This document shows positions 35,624 to 44,290 of a stretch of 64,000 nt of DNA, in pieces. Origin of the DNA: Yuukianura sp. NJ FZ-2021 (Eukaryota). The translations under genes and the position numbers were made by a program. The notes below the pieces were generated by a model. The model had not been told where the DNA came from. It did not search any database and was given only the letters and a program-made list of their open reading frames with translations. The DNA is taken from assembly GCA_046563655.1 (NCBI GenBank), contig CM102290.1:6572001-6636000 (forward strand), written 5' to 3'. Numbering within the stretch: position 1 is the first letter of the stretch; each line of letters begins with the position of its first letter.

Positions 35624-35982
35624 CGGTAAAATTCTGGTTTAGTGGAAAGATTCGGATAATTTTGAAATTTTGTATGTGAACTCCCTATCGACCCCTGATA
35701 CCAAAAATCAAAAAAAATTTCACCGGAAATCAAAAAAAAATTTCAAAAAAATTTTTTTTTTTGAATTTTTTTTTACCGGAATTCAATGAAAATCGGTTTC
35801 GAAAAAAGTAAAAAACAAAAAAGTTCGAGCCTATTTAACGTCAAGTTAGGTTAGGTTAGGTTAGGTTAGGTTTTTGATTTCCGGCGATTTTTTTTGTTTT
35901 TTTGGTATCAGGGGTCGATAGGGAGTTCACACCGAAAATTTCAAAATTTTCGGAATTTTTCCACTAAACCAGAATTTTTCCG
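35624..35982. mobile_element. MITE-like element with about 110-bp imperfect TIRs and internal (TTAGG)5
   Basis: CGGTAAAATTCTGG...CCAGAATTTTTCCG, with direct repeat TAAACT at 35618-35623 and 35983-35988. Confidence 0.85.
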
Positions 35983-36385
35983 TAAACTCCTTCTCCTGCA
36001 ACGCGTTACGCCCATTCAAAATACGCTTCTGCCTGTTGTTCCGTCCTGCGTCATGGAACGATTCCGCTCACCAATTGAATTTGTGATTGTCATACTCATC
36101 ATCCTCGCGTCAATCCTAATAAATGGTCATTTGGCGAGAAATATGTTGAATTTCTGCATTGAACATGATTCGGCCAGCTACGAATTGTTCCACCGTCTCG
36201 ATTTTGCAGAAGACCTTTACGTAAGTATTTAAAAAAACCGAGTAAAAAGAGTGATAAGTTCAAGTAATTTTCACTTTCAGAGATCGTCATGTCCACAGTA
36301 TGTCATACATCGGATCAATGTAAGTCAGCGTTCCACAAACAACACAAACATGCTTTCCGATCTCCGAAATTGTTAAGTTCTAATA

Positions 36386-36805
36386 GGCAGTTATCTGCAG
36401 CCCACGTATCTTGAAAACGTAAACGTATCACGTATCTTTTCGAAAAAGATACGTGAAGAGCTTGAGATACGTAAACGTATCTACTTACGTTAACGTAAAA
36501 ATCAAAAAGATACGTGAGAGATACGGGAGACGTAAACGTATCTTAAATTCCAAATCACACTCGGTTCAAAGTGTGAATCCCTTTAGAAGTATGTTTTGTA
36601 TCTGTAACAGGTGCAATTTGAAAATCACTTTTTTCGTCTTTTTTTTTTGTAAACAAAACGGACTTGCGCTAGGCGTTACGGTTTTTTGTTTTGGGGCTTG
36701 CAGAAAACTGGTGAAAAAGATACGGGAAACGTATCACGTATCTCAAAAAAGATACGTTACGTTACAACGTACGTTTCAAGATTACGTGGTCTGCAGATAA
36801 CTGCC
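36386..36805. mobile_element. MITE with TA flanks
   Basis: TIR GGCAGTTATCTGCAG...CTGCAGATAACTGCC; many internal ACGTATC/GATACGT motifs. Confidence 0.85.
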
Positions 36806-37012
36806 TAATGTTTTTTTTTAATTTTTATAGGAATATTACCTCTTTTTTTTTAAATTTTCGACAAGGTGTGAAGGAAAAAGACCTCAATGCACTTCCGGGC
36901 CCAATGCAATGCACGAATCAATTATGTATATGCCTTGGAATTAACAATCAAAAATCTAATCTCGAACTAAGCTTAATTTTAACTAATCTTAATGTATTTT
37001 AATTTTAAACAG

Positions 37013-38408
37013 GATCAACAATTTGAAATTTTTGAGAAGAGTTTGTTCTTCTAGAATAAACCTTGAGACCTAACCTTGAATCGTCGTTTCTAACTGCTTT
37101 GGCACAGACATCGGAATTGGTCATCTACAATCCAGGCTACATTCTTTGTTCTCCTGTAACAAGGTGCAGTAACATGTTTTTCCTACTTCAAGGAGAACTG
37201 ATTGTCCGCAGCAAGACAAATATGCAGCACATTTCCGCACTTCGTCCTGCTGGTTGTATAATTGGAGAGATTAACCTCCTCTTCTCAATTCCATATGACC
37301 ATCAAATCGAAACTAAAGTAAGTTTTATGCTTTTATGCTTCAATATTATGAAAAAAATAACCAACGTTACTCAAATTTGATAAATTCTAAAATCAATCAA
37401 TTAGTTTATTTGACTTTGGCAATTGCCTTACCAAGTTACATTTTGTTTCGAGAGGGGATCTAATCGTATTCAGTAGTATGTAAGGTAAAAGTAATTTAAA
37501 ATATTAGCCTTGAGAACTCAGAATTTCAAGTGTATGAGGGTCAATCAAGAGTAGAAGTAGATATTTTGTGTAATCGGTTGTCTTTAGCTTCCGGTTGAAC
37601 CAAGGTTTCTATAGCAACGGAATAGTTGTTGCTTCATAAGGTTAAGCAATACCTCGGTTTTTATATTTTTCCTTCCAAAATTGCAAAAATGAAAAAACAT
37701 CAGGGCAAGACATTCACTCTGATTCACTCTGGGTGAAGCGTGGGTGAAAAAAAAAGTTTGGAGCGAGATTTTTGGAAAACAAGACTTAGGTAGGTTAGGG
37801 TGCATTCGCATTTAGACAAAAAAAGAAACTTCGTTTAACTTAGAAGGAGAGTCGGAAGGTGGCACATGTAATTTTAGGGAGAGAATTGGAATTTCAGATA
37901 CTTTAAACTAATGAGAATTAAGGAGAATTAAGGTATCAGAGAGCTGTTCCTCCAGGACGCGGCGGCTGGTGTACCGGGTGCACGTGGACGGGTTCTAGGT
38001 TCGTTTTGTCTTGCTTCACGTTTCTTCTGTCTATCCATTCTAGTTTCAGCGGTGAGGTATTCGGTTATGGAGTAGATTTCTTTTTGGTTAATGAGTGTTT
38101 TTCTAAGTTGAAGGGCTTGCATTCTGAAAGAGTAGGTCGGGAACCGCACTTTGATTGGCCGAGGCTTGTTAGACGAGTTTGGTTTTCCTAATCGGTACGC
38201 ATCTTCTATGTTCACCCGAACTTTGTAGTTCTTAAAGAATTCATTTGCGACACTAACATAACCTAACCTATAAATTCTAAAAAAAATGTAATTTTTCTGT
38301 ATTTTCAGTATGTCTGTCTGTCAAGCACTGATGATTAGCAGCGAATCGCTTTTTCAACTACTGGAACTTTTTCCGCATCTTGTGCAAGTTCTTCGAGAAA
38401 AGTTTGGG
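37013..38408 (+). pseudogene. Cyclic-nucleotide-binding-domain gene fragment (CNG/HCN-like)
   Basis: SFLTALAQ..ELVIYNPG...MFFLLQGEL...GCIIGEINLLF, and a later exon CQALMISSESLFQLLELFP. The next exon is hit by element 2. Confidence 0.65.
37928..38215 (-). mobile_element. LINE ORF1-like (RRM/CTD) fragment in an intron
   Basis: IEDAYRLGK...PRPIKVRF...ITEYLT...R pattern. Confidence 0.6.
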
Positions 38409-38466
38409 GTGAGAACATTCTTACTTGCGAAGTTCTCCAATTTCAATGGACTTTTTTCAAAGTGTC

Positions 38467-38543
38467 AGTAGTAGCCTAGAAGGGACTTTCACGCCAAATC
38501 GACCTTTGGACCCATAAGGTTTAAAACCACTGGCGTGAGATCC
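38467..38543 (+). repeat. Left TIR of element 2
   Basis: Reverse complement of 48850-48926 with one mismatch. Confidence 0.97.
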
Positions 38544-39041
38544 AAGTAGGACAAATCCTGAAGGACAAATTAAGGACAAATTAGTTAAGACTAATTGACG
38601 CTTCCTGTCACCGAGTTAATTAGCACTTCCTGTTGGCTTTAACCTACACAAAATCCCTTAATTGGTAATTTCCGATCTCGGACTTAATTTTTGGTGTTAA
38701 GCCACAATTTTCGAAATCCCGCCAAAAATTTTGTACATAAACCTTCGAGCCAAATTTCAAAAAAAAAAAAAAAAAAAATTAGTGAATATTAATTAATTAA
38801 ACACTTCATGTTGGCAAGATGCTTCCTAATGCCCTGACAGCCTTGTTCTAGTTTTACCTTTAACACCATCGACTCAAATCAACCTTTGCCCCCAATGTGT
38901 GTACAGGATGAGTTAACTCACAACTTTACAACATTGTTCACAACATCTAACAAAGAACCAATAACACAAAAAGAAAGGACTAGTCACAAAATTGTTCTAA
39001 TCATTTTTTATTTCAAATTTTTATTAACATTTGTAAATCCA

Positions 39042-39740
39042 TTATACAGGAGTATTTTTGGTTAGCACACCATGAAATATGATGCTGTCAATTACATCAG
39101 CACTGTACGGCTTCATTCGAAGTTCCTCATGCGTAGAATACATGCTACGTGTAGAACTCTCCATAACAAAGGTTCTTCGACGGATCTGAAATTGTTGGTG
39201 CTTTGTCAAATCCAGCAAATGGGTGGTATACAGTTCTCGAATGTGTTGATTTGTTTGTGGACAGCAGCAATTAGGACGATCGAAAACACTTCCATGGTTT
39301 TCTTTATTTCGACACTTATTCAAAGCCAATTCGCGTAGATCCTTCAAGTAGCTTCGCTTTGCTTCATGGATAACTCTATCCAAAGATTCGTCCAAATACG
39401 AAGTTGGAAATGATTTTAGAAGTCTCCCAACCAAATGCGGAATTTGATCCAATTTTATATAAGCAGCGCCACACGCTCGAATTAGGAATACTTGATCATC
39501 TTGTCTTATGAAATGAATATCCGCTTCTCCGAATTTCTGAATTGAATCTACCTGACTCGCCTTCTTACGATTTTGAGCCAGAATTTTTTCAAAATACGGT
39601 AGGCCAGCCATCATTTTTCCCGCCCCAATGTATACAACGACTAACTTCTCAACCACCGTCGTCAGTTCCTTCTCAGCAAAAGTAATGGAAAAAGATGAAT
39701 TTCTGACTTCAATACCGGATGAGGACGAAAGTACTTCCAT
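39042..39740 (-). CDS. Orphan protein A (232 aa, C...NCCC motif), paralog of 40119-42698
   Basis: Intact ORF sharing ELxTVVExLV, LPxFxKxLxQNR, IHFI, LDxIPxLV, FPxxYLxESLDxxIHExKRxY, NCCC and LDxTKHQQ with the split paralog. Confidence 0.85.
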   Translation of the reverse strand: MEVLSSSSGIEVRNSSFSITFAEKELTTVVEKLVVVYIGAGKMMAGLPYFEKILAQNRKKASQVDSIQKFGEADIHFIRQDDQVFLIRACGAAYIKLDQIPHLVGRLLKSFPTSYLDESLDRVIHEAKRSYLKDLRELALNKCRNKENHGSVFDRPNCCCPQTNQHIRELYTTHLLDLTKHQQFQIRRRTFVMESSTRSMYSTHEELRMKPYSADVIDSIIFHGVLTKNTPV

Positions 39741-40267
39741 GTTGAACTAATTTAAACTGATCGTCTAAAACAGCCGTTCAGAGTTCCTTCTTCTCAGGAC
39801 TAGACGAGACTAAGTAAAACCAGTTAAGACTTCCAGTTAAGCACTAATTGGGACTAATTGATTTTCTTTTTTGTCCGTTAGCACTGGGTGGAGCTACCCC
39901 CGACAAATCCTTGGGATTGCCTCTTGTACAAAAACGTTTTTGTACAAATACCCTTTTAATGAACATGTGATTAGAGGGAATTTAATGCCATCCACATTCA
40001 GCGCAGCACCCAGTGGTACCTATACAGTTCAGACATCATCAGTTTTACTATTGTCCTAAATTTGTTACTATTGTCCTAAAGTTTACAGTTGCTTTTACAT
40101 ATTTGCAGCATACCAAGGATGGACGTAAACCTGCCGGAAGTCTATCTAAGCAAGGGTCTTATTGCCGTCAAGAATTCTGGAAATTCAATTATGTTTTTAT
40201 CCGAGGAGCTACAAACCGTTGTAGAAGAACTAGTCAAAGCATATATTGAAGAAGGGAGGATGATTAA

Positions 40268-42164
40268 CTCCCTACCTCACCATACTTCCAGACTGCATTC
40301 CGGCGAAAACAAACTGACAGTTGTCACCCAGAACGATTTCGGCAAAAACGTCCATATTTTTTAAATTAAAATATTAAAAAAAAAAAAAAATTTTTTTGAA
40401 AATTTTTACTCCGACGTCATTTCATGTCGCAAGTGAAAATTCACGTCGCGAATTTTCGCGTCGCGCGAGGCGACGCGAATTTTCACAGAAAATGCAAATT
40501 TGATGCTCAGTCGCTACTACGGCGACACCCACAGCGATGGGACGCAATTTCCCGTCGCGCGTGAAATTTCACGTCGCGAATGGCGACATCCGCGAATTTT
40601 CGCGTCGCGCGAGGCGACGCGAATTTTCACAGAAAAAACAAATTTGATGCTCAGTCGCTACTACGGCGACACCCACAGCGATGGGACGCGATTTCCGGTC
40701 GCGCGTGAAATTTCACGTCGCGAATGGCGACATCCGCGAATTTTCGCGTCGCGCGAGGCGACGCGAATTTTCACAGAAAATGCAAATTTGATGCTCAGTT
40801 GCACTACGGCGACACTCACAGCGATGGGACGCGATTTCCGGTCGCGCGTGAAATTTCACGTCGCGAATAGCGACATCTGCGAAATAGGTCAAAAACTAAA
40901 AACCGATGTCGGCAGGTGTTATGCGTGACAACGGAATTGTCCTAAGCCGTTTCCAGACTCACGCGAAATTTCACGTCGCGTACGCCGCGAGTCGTGAATT
41001 TTCGCGTCGCGCCTGGCGACGCGAATTTGGTAGAAAATTGCCCATTTGTTACTCAGCTGTACTCACGGCGACACCAACAAGGATGCGACGCCATTTTCGG
41101 TCGCACGTGAAATTTACGTCGTTGTACGTCGCGAACGGTGATATCAGCGTTTTTTACGAAAATGCGCATTTGATGCTAGACACGTTCAGAGCGTACCTGT
41201 GGTATTGTGAAGCCATGCTTCACTGACGCGAATTTTTGCGTCGCGGATGGCTACGCGAATTTTCCCTTTCGCGACGCAAAATTTCGCGTACGACCGGAAA
41301 TGGCGTCGCATTTCTGTTGGTGTCGCCTTCAGTACAGCTGAGTAACAAAAAGGCAATTTTCTGTAAAAATTCGCGTGTCGCCAGGCGCGACGCGAAAATT
41401 CACGACTCGCGGCGTACGCGACGTGAAATTTCGCGTACGACTGGAAACGGCTTAGGATCAATTCCGTTGCCACGCATAACACCTGCCGACATCGGTTTTT
41501 AGTTTTTGACCTATTTCGCAGATGTCGCTATTCGCGACGTGAAATTTCACGCGCGACCGGAAATCGCGTCCCATCGCTGTGAATGTCGCCGTAGTGCAAC
41601 TGAGCATCAAATTTGCATTTTCTGTGAAAATTCGCGTCGCCTCGCCCGACGCGAAAATTCGCGGATGTCGCCTTTCGCGACGTGAAATTTCACGTGCGAC
41701 CGAATATGGCGTCATCCTATAGTTGTCGTGCGCATAAAATCTGTTCGTCGATTTGCCTTTTAGCACATGGCCAAGGGTGGCGCAATTCGCGACGTGGAAT
41801 TTTCACGTTCAATACGTTTGTGCAAAAAATTCAAAATCGTTTGAAAAACGTAATTTAGGGTGTTTTCATCATTTTCCAATTTTTGAAAAAAATTGGTTCA
41901 GAATTTCAAAAATTTTATACCGCTGTAAGAATTGAGTTTCTTTGTCAGAAAAGCTCAAATCCAGCCCAAAAACAGCAATTTTCACTTCAAGAAATCCCGA
42001 AAAATTGAAATTTGTCGAAAAAAATCAAAAAACGTTTGAAAAACGTAATTTAGGGTGTTTTCGTGAAATTTCAATTTTTTGAAAAAAATTGGTTCAGAAT
42101 TTCAAAAATTGTATGTAGGGAGAAAATCGTGGGTGATAATTGTCATCATGATTGGCAGTGTTGT
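40268..42164 (+). mobile_element. Non-coding insertion with Helentron/Helitron2-like ends and a large internal palindrome
   Basis: CTCCCTAC at 40268 with its inverse GTAGGGAG at 42115-42122, hairpin 42125-42153, ATTAA at both junctions; internal 144-bp repeats and about 420-bp inverted arms. Confidence 0.55.
40434..41701. repeat. CpG-rich 144-bp tandem units arranged as a long inverted repeat
   Basis: Unit marker TGATGCTCAG at 40501, 40645 and 40789; about 40696-41115 is the reverse complement of about 41279-41701. Confidence 0.92.
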
Positions 42165-42765
42165 ATTAAGCATCTTCCACATTTTGGGAAGCTGTTATTG
42201 CAGAACCGTAATAATGCAGCAAAGCAAAATGAATACTCGCCGGATGAACCACTACTCCCGATTCATTTTATCAAGGACGCATCAGCTCGTGTCATCCTTA
42301 TCCGAAGCGGCGCGCCTGTTATGATCGATTTGGACCATATTCCCCAGCTGGTTGAGTCACTTCTAAAATGTGGATGTTTTCCTATTACATATTTGGAGGA
42401 ATCTTTGGACATGCTGATTCATGAAACTAAACGCGGCTACATCGAGAAACTCCGCAATGAGGCGTTCCGATCCTGTCACAACAAATTGGAAATTGATCCT
42501 TGCAGGAGCATTTTTGGCGAGTTCAACTGTTGCTGCACAGCAACTAATACATCAAACTACAGTCAACATGTATTGGACGTTACTAAACACCAGCAAATGG
42601 AAATTAACAGATGGAAATGGGGAATAGATAGTTTCTATGGTAAGAGAGAACTTGCTGTACTTGAGAGTATTCGACTAAGAAATATTCCACTGACTTAATC
42701 TGGAAAATTACATTTCATGGCAAAAGAGATTGCTAAACGGTCTTTATTCAAGTCAAATAAAATTA

Positions 42766-43530
42766 TCAATTATTTCTGTACACAGTACATCCAACATCGG
42801 GAAATATATTATTGCGGATTCTAAACCTATCATCCTGGGATTGGTGTAGGTCGATAAATACATGACCATACTGTTTTTTCATAACGTCGTCATAGCATGT
42901 TTCCAAAGCTTCGTTCCGTTTTCCGTTTTTTGTTAGCTGACGTCCAAAGCAGAGAACTTGAGAGACTTCTCGAGGATTTTTGGTGAAACAAACATACTGG
43001 CAATTTGTAGTTATCGTTCGTTGTCCTTTCTCGAAGAAGCTTTGGGTAACGAAAATTATGCTCACATTCCTGTGATGACTCGTTCGAGTAAATGCAGAGA
43101 CGATATCCTTACTAGCACAAACTTCATGCATAAGATCGTCAAGTACGACGATTCGATGAGTGTTGTAGGGGCTCGCAAAATCGTCTGGTAATCCGTAGTG
43201 AAATTTAATTGTTGGGATGTGACTTTTCAGATCCTGAAAAAATTCAATCTCTGGCTCCCCATAACAATACAGGATATCATTAATCGGAACATCCACCATT
43301 TCAAAACGTCGAAGGAGTAATTCCTTAAGAACCGTCGACTTTCCACTTTGGCTTGCTCCGCTAATTGTCATGCAGAATGGCGCCTTTAGCCTATAATCAA
43401 AACACTCATCACGTTCCGCCATGGTACGATGTTCCGCTGTAGTTTCATCGGTTTGCTTATGTGCAGTGTATACATGGCGTTTAAGGTTATCCGAACGTGT
43501 GAACGTACTGTTGCAAACACTACAATCCAT
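42766..43530 (-). CDS. Maverick-type packaging ATPase with an N-terminal C2H2 zinc finger (254 aa)
   Basis: CSVCNSTFTRSDNLKRHVYTAH, then GASQSGKS, VVLDD, SHHRNVSIIFVTQ and KNPRE; clearly homologous to 8896-9555. Confidence 0.92.
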   Translation of the reverse strand: MDCSVCNSTFTRSDNLKRHVYTAHKQTDETTAEHRTMAERDECFDYRLKAPFCMTISGASQSGKSTVLKELLLRRFEMVDVPINDILYCYGEPEIEFFQDLKSHIPTIKFHYGLPDDFASPYNTHRIVVLDDLMHEVCASKDIVSAFTRTSHHRNVSIIFVTQSFFEKGQRTITTNCQYVCFTKNPREVSQVLCFGRQLTKNGKRNEALETCYDDVMKKQYGHVFIDLHQSQDDRFRIRNNIFPDVGCTVYRNN

Positions 43531-43558
43531 GCTGTTGTGAATACTGAAACACAAATGC

Positions 43559-43760
43559 TTTATATACACCACCACCACCAGTCTTGCTAGGAGGAGGAGG
43601 AGGAGGAGGAGGAGGAGGAGGAGTAGGAGGAGGAGGAGGAGGAGGAGGAGGAGGAGGAGGAGGAGGAGGAGAGGAGGAGAGGAGGAGGAGGAGGAGGAGG
43701 TACCACCACCACCACCACCACCACTATAAAACTGTTGCAATCGGATAAAAATGTTCAGTT
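43559..43760. promoter_or_regulatory. Bidirectional promoter: two outward-facing TATA boxes bracketing (CAC)n-(GAG)n-(CAC)n arrays
   Basis: TATATAAA on minus (43566-43559); TATAAAA on plus (43725-43731) with TCAGTT initiator about 30 nt downstream; GAG tract 43589-43700; CAC tracts 43567-43580 and 43702-43724. Confidence 0.7.
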
Positions 43761-43773
43761 GCATTTGTACATC

Positions 43774-44223
43774 ATGCCTGTTTACTGTGACATTTGTTCC
43801 AAGTCATTTTCCCGCGCAGACGCATTAAATCGACATAATCGCGTTGCTCATTCAGACGAAGCTATGGATTCAGACTCAGAAACGGAAACTGAAGCAGAAA
43901 CGGAAACTGAAGAAGAAGAAGAAGAAGATGACTCTAAGTCACATTGTGGCATGAGTAAATCCAGCTTATCGTTAATCCTTCATGCACTACAAAATGCGGA
44001 TATTGGAGTTCAACGGCTGACTTTGGACAGCTTACGCAAGCTTGTGGAAGGCGCAGACGATTCTGATTCTGATTCAGATGATGATGATGATGATGAATCA
44101 TCCGACAAGTTGGATTCAAGTCAATTAGATTATTTAATAGCCGTTGTAAAAGCCGGAATAAGAAATGTTATCAATATTAACACAGCAGAATTTTTAAAAA
44201 TGCTGAATAAAATGATTTTATAA
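43774..44223 (+). CDS. C2H2 zinc finger + duplicated acidic/helical module protein (149 aa)
   Basis: CDICSKSFSRADALNRHNRVAH followed by two D/E/S tracts, each preceding a similar amphipathic helical segment. Confidence 0.85.
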   Translation: MPVYCDICSKSFSRADALNRHNRVAHSDEAMDSDSETETEAETETEEEEEEDDSKSHCGMSKSSLSLILHALQNADIGVQRLTLDSLRKLVEGADDSDSDSDDDDDDESSDKLDSSQLDYLIAVVKAGIRNVININTAEFLKMLNKMIL

Positions 44224-44290
44224 ACTTTTATTGTTTTCAGCTTGGACTAATCACCTAAAATCTGTATTTTTTCACACATGTCAAAATAAA

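Larger units (their letters stand above)
40119..42698 (+). pseudogene. Orphan protein B (about 225 aa) split by a 1.9-kb insertion
   Basis: Joining 40119-40265 to 42168-42698 gives ...EEGRMIKHLPHFGKLLLQNR..., colinear with protein A across the junction. Confidence 0.75.

Noticed and set aside
40500..41766. Arg-rich ORFs in the 144-bp repeat region
   Set aside because: Artefacts of a CpG-rich palindromic repeat, mirrored on both strands.
40264..42169. piggyBac assignment for the insertion based on TTAA flanks
   Set aside because: No terminal CCC...GGG inverted repeats; the inverted repeat is asymmetric.
43531..43764. Poly-Gly/Ser/Leu N-terminal extension of the ATPase ORF as a signal or membrane anchor
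   Set aside because: It is the translation of the microsatellite; a TATA box and ATG at 43530 give a better start.
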